A DNA stretch of 64,000 bases from Sulfurimonas sp. RIFOXYB12_FULL_35_9 (GTDB taxonomy: Bacteria; Campylobacterota; Campylobacteria; Campylobacterales; Sulfurimonadaceae), in NCBI RefSeq assembly GCF_001829715.1, contig NZ_MICC01000076.1, positions 904-64,903 on the forward strand, in the 5' to 3' direction. Shown here one piece after another: positions 56,701 to 64,000 of the stretch (position 1 is the stretch's first letter; the number at the start of each line of letters is the position of its first letter). Made by a program: the position numbers and the translations under genes. Under the pieces are notes generated by a model. The model was not told where the DNA came from and ran no database searches. It saw nothing but the letters and a program-made list of their open reading frames with translations.

Positions 56701-58342
56701 AAGGCACAAGTTCACCGCGTTTAAGCTGTGAAATCTTCCCCTTAAATTTACGAATGTAAAAAGCCTTCTCTTCAAAAGAGACGGTTGTTTGAAAATTTAC
56801 CTTTTTATACTCTCTCTCATAATGCTTTATCAAAAATGCGATAAGTTCGGCTTTTAGCGAGGCTTCATCTTTAAGCGGAGCTATCTTTTCATCCACCGAT
56901 ATCGCCATAAGCGAAGGCTCATCAAATTTCCCTCTAAGTGCCAAAGTAAACTCAAATGAGTGAAACTGCAAAAGCGAAGGATCTAGTACATCCAAAATTT
57001 GATCTATAAACTCAGGATGTTCTAAAACTGTTTTGATAAGTGTTAGCTCCCACATATCTCTATGACGGCTAGCATCAAGAGTGGGTTTGTTTTGGTTTGT
57101 CTTAGTTTGGTTGGTTAGTTTTACGAATGACGGGTTTATTCCCAGTCTCTGTGCAAGATATGTTTTGTATCTGTCTTGGAGCATAGGCGAGAGGGTTTTT
57201 AGATAGCCTATCGCCTCTTGCATGCAGATCTCTTTAGCTTTTGGATCTAGAAGATTATAGAGTGATAAAATCTCATCTAAAACAAACTCTATAAATGGCT
57301 GAGGCTCTCTAAACATAGTTGAGAGTTCTTCAATCGCACCATTTTTTACCATATCTGCGGGATCTAACCCAGCTCCAAATATAACAACACCGCCACTAAA
57401 TCCGCTTGCACTTAAAAGTTTTGATGCTTTGAGTGCCGCCGCTCTTCCTGCTTTATCACCGTCATACGCCATTACAACTTCAGGTTCACCCTTTCGCAAA
57501 AGTGGCAAATGTTCAGGAGTAAGTGCCGTTCCCAAAGTAGCAACCGCATTTGTAAAACCTGCTTGATGCAGCATAATAACGTCAAGATAACCCTCTGTTA
57601 TAACAATCTGTTTGGTTTTATGGATACTCTGTTTTGCATGGTGGTAGGCATATAAAAGGCGTGATTTGTTAAAAAAATGCGTTTCAGGCGAATTTATATA
57701 TTTTGCCTGATGTCCAGTTATAGTTCTACCGCCAAAACCGACGATAGTTCCATTGACAGAGTGAATCGGAAATGTTATACGCTCTATAAATCTGGCATAT
57801 GTTCTTCCACTCTCATAGCCTACAACACCCATTTCCAAGGCTTCGCTCATATTTAAAAGCTGTGATGTTATATAGCTAATCGTAGCATTAGAATCTGGTG
57901 CATACCCAGCACCAAACTTTTCAATACTGCTTTCGTAGATACCGCGGTCTTTTATATAAGAGAGTGCCTCATGATTTTTTGTAAGCAGATATTGATACCA
58001 GTCGTTAATTTTTTCCATAAAATTGGAACGAGGCTTAGAGTTTTTGCTATCACTATAAGCAAGGGAGAAGTTATAAGATGATGCGAGTTTTTCTATTGCT
58101 TCTGGATAATTTAATTTTTCATGCTCCATAACAAACTTGATACTGTCACCGCCTGCACCACAGCCAAAACAGTGGTATATCTGTTTTGCAGGACTCACTA
58201 CGAACGAAGCCGTTTTTTCGCCGTGAAAAGGACACGGAGCTTTGTAGTTTGCACCGGCTTTTCTAAGTTCCACATACGAACCTATAACATCAACAATATC
58301 AAGGCGTGCTTTTAAGGCTTCTATGGAATCTTGGATAATCAT
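56690..58342 (-). CDS. dnaG: DNA primase
   Basis: The zinc finger is CPFHGEKTASFVVSPAKQIYHCFGCGAGGD. A Toprim region with EGYLDV is present. I preferred the ATG at 58342 (MIIQDSIEALK). Confidence 0.92.
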   Translation of the reverse strand: MIIQDSIEALKARLDIVDVIGSYVELRKAGANYKAPCPFHGEKTASFVVSPAKQIYHCFGCGAGGDSIKFVMEHEKLNYPEAIEKLASSYNFSLAYSDSKNSKPRSNFMEKINDWYQYLLTKNHEALSYIKDRGIYESSIEKFGAGYAPDSNATISYITSQLLNMSEALEMGVVGYESGRTYARFIERITFPIHSVNGTIVGFGGRTITGHQAKYINSPETHFFNKSRLLYAYHHAKQSIHKTKQIVITEGYLDVIMLHQAGFTNAVATLGTALTPEHLPLLRKGEPEVVMAYDGDKAGRAAALKASKLLSASGFSGGVVIFGAGLDPADMVKNGAIEELSTMFREPQPFIEFVLDEILSLYNLLDPKAKEICMQEAIGYLKTLSPMLQDRYKTYLAQRLGINPSFVKLTNQTKTNQNKPTLDASRHRDMWELTLIKTVLEHPEFIDQILDVLDPSLLQFHSFEFTLALRGKFDEPSLMAISVDEKIAPLKDEASLKAELIAFLIKHYEREYKKVNFQTTVSFEEKAFYIRKFKGKISQLKRGELVPFKS

Positions 58343-58785
58343 AAAGGAATTATACAAAATAGTTCGTTAAAGAGAGTTTGGATGGGAACTATGGATCTAT
58401 GTCACTAAAACAGGTATTAAGGGGTACCTGTTTTAGAAGGAGAAATAAAATTTTTAGATATTTAGTAAATATCTGTGCTCGGATGATTAGGCTTGCTAAT
58501 CGGAGTTTTTGTATCTTGAGCATCGTAGTGAACGATACTATCTGCTTGGAGGACACCCAACATAAATACAACACATAAAATGATTTTTTTCATTTTGTTT
58601 ACTTTGGTAAGAACGCATTACGCTCTAAGTTTTAAATCGGAGGAATTTTATCCGATTTAGAAAAAAGAGTCCTTGATTTGTATCAATTTTAGAATTAATT
58701 TTATAAATTCCTAAAACAAAATGTTAAATAAAGATTGTTATGCTACAATTCGCTTTCAAATTTTACAGAAAGTGGGTGATGTGAT

Positions 58786-58998
58786 ATGCCTGGTATAGTA
58801 CTACGCAGTGATGACAATTTTGATGCATCTTATCGTCGTTTCAAGAAGCAAACTGACCGTAACTTAATCGTTACAGAAGTTCGCGCTCGTCGTTTCCATG
58901 AAACGAAAACTGAAAAACGTAAGAAATTCTTAATTGCATCTCGTAAGAAAATGCTTAAACGTCTTTATATGATGAGACGTTACGAATCACGCCTATAA
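58786..58998 (+). CDS. rpsU: 30S ribosomal protein S21
   Basis: The protein reads [22 protein letters not shown]...[12 protein letters not shown]. The length is 70 aa and there is a GGTGA ribosome-binding site. Confidence 0.93.
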   Translation: MPGIVLRSDDNFDASYRRFKKQTDRNLIVTEVRARRFHETKTEKRKKFLIASRKKMLKRLYMMRRYESRL

Positions 58999-59053
58999 AA
59001 CGTAAACCTTCGGGTTTATGTTTTAACCTCTACTACAACTCCAAAAATATCGA

Positions 59054-60151
59054 CTATAACTTCCCGTACATCTCATTATAAAATGACAGAGCATGTCTAT
59101 CGCTCATTGAAGCTATGTAATCGGCTATTACCCTATGCTTATTTCTGCTTTGCAACTGATCTAGATAAAACTTCGGCAACATCTTCGGCTCTTCGTTAAG
59201 CCCACTGTAAAGTCCTTTAATAGCCTGCTTACCTGCATACATCTTAATCATAATATCTTTATGCTGATAAAGTTTTGTAAAGAGCAGTTTTTTTAACTTT
59301 TTTAACTCTGTTTCAAGTTTTGAGTCAAAACCGATAGGCAGTTCAGTTTTATTATCAAGCGTCGCACATAAGATCCTGCTGTTATCCACTCTGTCTTTTG
59401 AGTAAGCAATAAGTGAGTAAACCAGATGATTAATCAGGTGTGAAATAAAACGATACCGAAACATCTCATCTTCCTCTTGCGATATTCCTTCCTCTTTAAC
59501 TTTTGCCAAGATATCTCTAATGAGTTCGCTCTCTTTTAAATCATCAAAGTTTATTAGCCCAGAGTTTACACCATCATCAATATCATGGCTCACATACGCT
59601 ATCTCATCGGCACGATCTACAATCATTGCTTCTATGCTTGGATGGGTATCTAAGTTAAACTGCTCATCTATTATGGAGGGTAAAAAACTTTTTTTATAAG
59701 GGTATGAGTGTTTAAGGATTCCTTCCAGTGTTGCAAAAGTGAGATTTAAACCGCTAAAGTCGTTATATCTCTTCTCTAGCGAAGAGACAACCCTGAAACT
59801 TTGAAAATTATGCTCAAAACCATTTATAAATCCATCATTTTTCAAACACTCATCCAAAGCATCCCCACCTATATGACCAAACGGTGTATGCCCCAGGTCA
59901 TGAGAGAGAGCGATAGCTTCTGCCAAAGATTCATTAAGCCCCAAATGAGAGGTAATTGAACGGGCAATCTGTGAAACTTCTATGGAGTGCGTAAGACGTG
60001 TGCGAAAAAAATCACCCTCTTGATTTAAAAATACCTGTGTTTTATACTCAAGTTTTCTAAAACTCCCTGAGTGAATAATTCTGTCTCTATCCCTTGCGTA
60101 CGGGTTTCTAAAATCATCATCTATTTTGTGAAATCTATCATATGCTCTCAT
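59054..60151 (-). CDS. dGTPase-family deoxynucleoside triphosphate triphosphohydrolase (HD domain)
   Basis: The motifs are RDRDRIIHSGSFRKLEYKTQV, RLTHSIEVSQIAR and HDLGHTPFGH. Confidence 0.88.
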   Translation of the reverse strand: MRAYDRFHKIDDDFRNPYARDRDRIIHSGSFRKLEYKTQVFLNQEGDFFRTRLTHSIEVSQIARSITSHLGLNESLAEAIALSHDLGHTPFGHIGGDALDECLKNDGFINGFEHNFQSFRVVSSLEKRYNDFSGLNLTFATLEGILKHSYPYKKSFLPSIIDEQFNLDTHPSIEAMIVDRADEIAYVSHDIDDGVNSGLINFDDLKESELIRDILAKVKEEGISQEEDEMFRYRFISHLINHLVYSLIAYSKDRVDNSRILCATLDNKTELPIGFDSKLETELKKLKKLLFTKLYQHKDIMIKMYAGKQAIKGLYSGLNEEPKMLPKFYLDQLQSRNKHRVIADYIASMSDRHALSFYNEMYGKL

Positions 60152-60165
60152 GTTTATTACCTTTT

Positions 60166-61329
60166 TTATGCTTTTACTACCTGATTTCTTCCCGCTTTTT
60201 TTGCCTTATAAAGAGCATTGTCTGCTCTTTTCATCACTGCGAACGGGTCTTTGTCTTGAGAATTTTTTTGTACAATCCCAGATGAGATATTTATGTATAT
60301 CGTTTTTGAGTTCTGCTTATTTCTAACTATAAAAGGGCTCTTTGCAATAGTCTCTCTTAAAATATCCGTATGTTTATAAGACTCATCCACCTCTCTTGAT
60401 GGGAAAAGCAGTACAAACTCCTCTCCGCCGTATCTGTAAGCTTTTCCGCCACCGCCCACTTCTGCAAGCTTTGAAGCAACCATTTTTAAAACCTCATCAC
60501 CGGTATCATGTCCGTATGTGTCGTTAAACTTCTTAAAGTGATCAATATCAATCATTGCTAGCGAATATTTCATACCCAATTTTGCCATATCTTCCACCAA
60601 AGCCCTTCTTCCCGGAAGCGATGTAAGCTCATCATAAAAAGCCAGACGATAGGATTCACGTATAAGCAAAATAAAGATAATTACCCCGATTGCTAAAAGA
60701 GACAGCTCTTTGGCATAGGAAGTTTTTATAAAATAGAATCCCATGTAAAACGTCACGGCTATAACCAAAAATGAGCTGTTATAGAGCAAATATCTATTGA
60801 ACAACACCAATGCGACCATGATAAATATAACAAGAATTGCAATTATTATCGAAATATCCTCAAGAGGATAGAATGAAATTACAAACAGTTTCATCTTTAA
60901 AAGAGCGATAAAATCGGCATTCGGATAGATAACAAGATATAAAATAACAGCTATCTCGACTACAAAAAAAGCAATTTTTAAAATTCCCCATATTGAAAAA
61001 AGCCCTCTCTCCTTTAGGGATAAAAACAGAAGAAGATGCAGCGGATAGAGCATGGAAGCATAAAGAAAGAGATCTGTTGCTCTTTTGCCTCCTAAATATA
61101 CAAATCCGAAATATATCAATAAAAGAGGAAGGATTATAAATATAAATCTGTTACGGTTAAAATGCCATGACACCCATAAAATAAGTGCGCTTATGGCATA
61201 AAATAGATATGGAACTATGCTAAATATGATTTTTGGTATTTTATCTTCATAAAAAAGCATAGATCCTAGCACTGCGGATATAAAAAAAGGTATAGAAATA
61301 TTTAGTGCTATAGATTTTAAGGAGTTCAT
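60166..61329 (-). CDS. membrane-bound diguanylate cyclase (GGDEF)
   Basis: About 6-7 N-terminal TM helices are followed by the motifs DIDHFKKFNDTYGHDTGD and YRYGGEEFVLLF. Confidence 0.88.
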   Translation of the reverse strand: MNSLKSIALNISIPFFISAVLGSMLFYEDKIPKIIFSIVPYLFYAISALILWVSWHFNRNRFIFIILPLLLIYFGFVYLGGKRATDLFLYASMLYPLHLLLFLSLKERGLFSIWGILKIAFFVVEIAVILYLVIYPNADFIALLKMKLFVISFYPLEDISIIIAILVIFIMVALVLFNRYLLYNSSFLVIAVTFYMGFYFIKTSYAKELSLLAIGVIIFILLIRESYRLAFYDELTSLPGRRALVEDMAKLGMKYSLAMIDIDHFKKFNDTYGHDTGDEVLKMVASKLAEVGGGGKAYRYGGEEFVLLFPSREVDESYKHTDILRETIAKSPFIVRNKQNSKTIYINISSGIVQKNSQDKDPFAVMKRADNALYKAKKAGRNQVVKA

Positions 61330-61368
61330 ATATACCTTTTTATATTTGCTTATAAGTGAAGTATTAAA

Positions 61369-61926
61369 CTATGCTTTTTTCAAAAACTCTGTTTTTAGAT
61401 AGATTTTAGTACCGTTTACACGACCCTCTATATGGTCGGCAACATCCGAGGGAATAGAGATATTTCTAACCGTCGTACCTCTTTTTGCAGTAAAGCCTGC
61501 ACCTTTAACCTCTAAATCTTTAATTATTACAACGCTGTCACCGGTATTTAGAACCACGCCGTTAGAGTCTTTGACTACTACGTTGCTTGAACTGCCGCCT
61601 ATCGCTGCATCTGCCCAGCTTTTAACATCATCTTCCATGTAGATCATATCAACAAGGTCTTCTCTTCCAAGTGCTTTTAAGATTCTATATGACATAACTA
61701 CAACCGCAGGAGTTTCACTCCACATGCTGTCATTTAAACAGTTAAAATGTGCCTCGTCCATATTATCTTGGTTTCCTATCTGATTTCTACATGTAGAGCA
61801 GATATAGACACACTGTTCGGTGCTTCCGTCTGATGGTGCGACTTCAAAAACACTAAGACCTTCACTGCTTCCACACAATTCACAAACACCACCGCTTCTA
61901 CTTACTAACTCTTTTTCGACATTCAT
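61369..61926 (-). CDS. phnA: PhnA-family zinc-ribbon protein
   Basis: The N-terminus has Cys4 motifs (CELCGS...CSTC). The C-terminus has the PhnA domain VKDSNGVVLNTGDSVVIIKDLEVKGAGFTAKRGTTV. Confidence 0.8.
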   Translation of the reverse strand: MNVEKELVSRSGGVCELCGSSEGLSVFEVAPSDGSTEQCVYICSTCRNQIGNQDNMDEAHFNCLNDSMWSETPAVVVMSYRILKALGREDLVDMIYMEDDVKSWADAAIGGSSSNVVVKDSNGVVLNTGDSVVIIKDLEVKGAGFTAKRGTTVRNISIPSDVADHIEGRVNGTKIYLKTEFLKKA

Positions 61927-61940
61927 TATATTTTCCTTTT

Positions 61941-62156
61941 CTATTTTTTAAATTCTATTACATCTTCTTTTTTCGTTGAAGATTTATGTTTCGTATTATC
62001 GAAGGCTTTTTGCGCCTCTTCTTCATTGTAGTTTCTACACTTCTCTATCATTTCGGGATTTTGTTCAGACCCGATATTGTCACACATCGCAAAATTGAAC
62101 TCAAAATTTGAGCATCCGCTAAACAAAAAAACTGTTAATAAACTATATTTCCACAT
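61941..62156 (-). CDS. small lipoprotein (hypothetical)
   Basis: The lipobox is LFSGC. The length is 71 aa. Confidence 0.5.
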   Translation of the reverse strand: MWKYSLLTVFLFSGCSNFEFNFAMCDNIGSEQNPEMIEKCRNYNEEEAQKAFDNTKHKSSTKKEDVIEFKK

Positions 62157-62160
62157 ATGA

Positions 62161-62994
62161 TTACCCTTTTTTAATAATTAAATCTAAATATTTTGACGGT
62201 GTTTTTCTCATCATCTCTTGAGCAAGCCATCTTATTTGAAAGTAAGCTGCACCGCTGTCTCTGAGCGTAAAATAGTTTTTAAGGCTTCTGAGATTAAATG
62301 TAACGACCATGTCTACTTTAAAATTGTCCGTTACAACATGTTTGAAAGCATCTCCGACATTTCGTTTCTTTTTTCCCTCTTCAAGTGCATTAAATAACAT
62401 TTCAGAGTTACCGTCAAACTCTTCTAAAAGCGGCAATGAACTTTTCGCTACGGCAATATCGTTAAAATTTTCTACCGTTGAGGCTTGATACTTTAGCTTA
62501 TCGTATATCGCACCGATTTCGATTCTGTTGTAGGCTTCATCACATGTAACTAACATTTCAAAACCCAAAACTTTATCTATAAAGAAATTTTTATCATTTG
62601 TCGCCTGTGAAGCAACAAAAGCATTGATAACCGAACTCATGGTATAACGGGTGCTTCTAACGCTGATGGCTTGTATGCGATGTCTTGCATGTTCTTGAAG
62701 CACGCCTCTGCTAGTTCCGCGCACCAAAAAACTTAAATTTGCATGTTCTAAAATAGAGTGGTGAAAATGTGTCCAAGCCAAATCATTTAGCAAATTTGAC
62801 TCTTCTATAGTGTTGATTTTCCCGCATGTATCACCATCGGGCATAGCATATTCAATAGACCTAATAGCCTCATTTTCACTATTTTCAAAAGAATCGTAAC
62901 AAGTTCTAGCTGCTGCTTCAGCCACACCTATACCAGTATCTTGCATTAAGATTACTTCAGGTTTTGAGTACTCTACTCCAAAAACTGTTTCCAT
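62161..62994 (-). CDS. thyX: FAD-dependent thymidylate synthase ThyX-like
   Basis: The sequence RHRIQAISVRSTRY matches the ThyX RHRxxS...SxRY signature. Confidence 0.7.
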   Translation of the reverse strand: METVFGVEYSKPEVILMQDTGIGVAEAAARTCYDSFENSENEAIRSIEYAMPDGDTCGKINTIEESNLLNDLAWTHFHHSILEHANLSFLVRGTSRGVLQEHARHRIQAISVRSTRYTMSSVINAFVASQATNDKNFFIDKVLGFEMLVTCDEAYNRIEIGAIYDKLKYQASTVENFNDIAVAKSSLPLLEEFDGNSEMLFNALEEGKKKRNVGDAFKHVVTDNFKVDMVVTFNLRSLKNYFTLRDSGAAYFQIRWLAQEMMRKTPSKYLDLIIKKG

Positions 62995-63052
62995 TGATTT
63001 ATGTCCTAGATTAAACTAATAGTATTTTACAATAAAAAGCTTATTGTAGCCT

Positions 63053-64000
63053 CTATCTTGATATGCTAAATCCAACACCGATTTTTTTAACATGGTTGTC
63101 ATAGTCTATGAGAGACTCACCATATCCATTGAAAAATTTAAGATAGAAAAAAAGATCGTCTCTGCTGGAAATCGGGTAGCTGTAATTTGACTCCAAAGCC
63201 CCCTTATCACTAAAGTTACTTCTTAGTTTTATATCTAAAAGGTGCTTTTTATACGGCAATGTAAATTTAAGATACCCATGCCCCATAACATCGATTAGCT
63301 CTGGGTTATAATCATATGCATCAGGCAATCTTGTCCAAAGCTTTAGCTCTGCAAGGATTGATTTATACTGGAAAAAGAGGCTGCTGTCCAAATAATTCCA
63401 AGAGCGCTCAGCCTCTCCTCCTCTGCCGTTAGATTCATGCCCTACTCCAAAACGCACCGCTTTTATAAGCCTGCCATCACCCATTTCCGATGTTGGAATG
63501 GTTACAAAAAATTCAGGGTTATAGTTTGACTCTCTAAAGAAGGCAGAATCTGTATAGGCTTGCCAAAAAGATCTCTGCGTATATGCAACAGAGTATATTT
63601 CGCCAAAATGAAAAAGATTTGTGGCAAAATCAAATTTTACACTCACTTGAAACTCTGTCTCTGCTTTTTCCACCCTATGCCCATTTACACTTGCATAATC
63701 GCCATCATAACGATAGCTTAGAGGTAAAATATAGTTTGAATTATGTGCTTTAAAATTATAAAGAGATTGTGCATATTGCCTTAAAGTAGTTTGAGTCTCT
63801 TTGTCTTCAGGCTTTTCAAATGAGCTATATATCTCCCTTTGCTGTTTTCGCACTTCTCTTAGTGGGCTATGTCTCTCTTGTTCATAATAAGTTCTAGAAG
63901 ATACTTTGTACCACTTCAAAGCCTCTTTTTCGTTTGCTTCACACCCTTCTCCACGCTCATACATCTTTGCTAACATGTGAGCAGCGTCTGGATCGTTTAT
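63053..64000 (-). CDS. pldA: outer-membrane phospholipase A (OMPLA) with N-terminal Sel1-like repeat region; 5' end outside window
   Basis: The catalytic motif is GVGHESNGRGG (HxSNG) and the protein ends in an aromatic residue. The frame stays open past the listed ATG (63976) to base 64000. The upstream part reads ...INDPDAAHMLAKMYERGEGCEANEKEALKWY. Confidence 0.75.
   Translation of the reverse strand: MNDPDAAHMLAKMYERGEGCEANEKEALKWYKVSSRTYYEQERHSPLREVRKQQREIYSSFEKPEDKETQTTLRQYAQSLYNFKAHNSNYILPLSYRYDGDYASVNGHRVEKAETEFQVSVKFDFATNLFHFGEIYSVAYTQRSFWQAYTDSAFFRESNYNPEFFVTIPTSEMGDGRLIKAVRFGVGHESNGRGGEAERSWNYLDSSLFFQYKSILAELKLWTRLPDAYDYNPELIDVMGHGYLKFTLPYKKHLLDIKLRSNFSDKGALESNYSYPISSRDDLFFYLKFFNGYGESLIDYDNHVKKIGVGFSISR

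Noticed and set aside
58378-58578. Two listed ORFs (66 aa + and 61 aa -) in the dnaG-rpsU spacer
   Set aside because: Both have non-protein-like composition and non-ATG starts. A shorter signal-peptide-like ORF in another frame explains the region better.
1-64000. Search for CRISPR arrays, rRNA genes, IS/transposase genes and classic toxin-antitoxin pairs
   Set aside because: Reading both strands, I found none. The only RNA gene I could fold is tRNA-Ser.

Overview
This is a low-GC chromosomal segment. Its gene content looks like Campylobacterota (Epsilonproteobacteria): a fliK-flgD-flgE cluster with a giant 900+ aa hook protein, a Cj1289-type SurA-like chaperone next to gltX, CetB/TlpD-like chemotaxis proteins, ThyX and OMPLA. 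I count about 60 protein genes and one tRNA-Ser(GGA). I found no rRNA, CRISPR array or transposase. Housekeeping genes include gltX, ppsA, purT, dnaG, rpsU, an SdhAB-type flavoprotein/Fe-S pair, a dGTPase and a DEAD-box helicase. The window is dense in second-messenger and sensory genes: a CHASE2 class III cyclase, a class-II-PDE/GAF/HD-GYP fusion, a CxxCH-sensor HD-GYP protein, a GGDEF protein, YajQ, an orphan response regulator and two soluble MCP-CZB chemoreceptors. The clearly accessory part lies at about 31.2-40.4 kb. It holds two unrelated integrative replicon-like elements of about 4.3 kb each, sitting in tandem. Element A (31198-35548) is flanked by a 16-bp direct repeat that overlaps the 3' end of a protein gene. 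It carries a tyrosine integrase, an excisionase-like HTH protein and an HUH rolling-circle Rep. Element B (36063-40329) is inserted in the 3' end of tRNA-Ser, with a 21-bp duplication. It carries a second integrase, a RepL-like gene behind 22-bp-spaced iterons, and a two-gene module encoding a small HTH protein plus a divergent protein with a complete tyrosine-recombinase catalytic hexad, next to a perfect 29-bp palindrome. That module is the most novel-looking candidate here, either a recombinase-fold relaxase/oriT or a resolution system. All functional calls come from motif reading of the supplied translations. No database search was possible.
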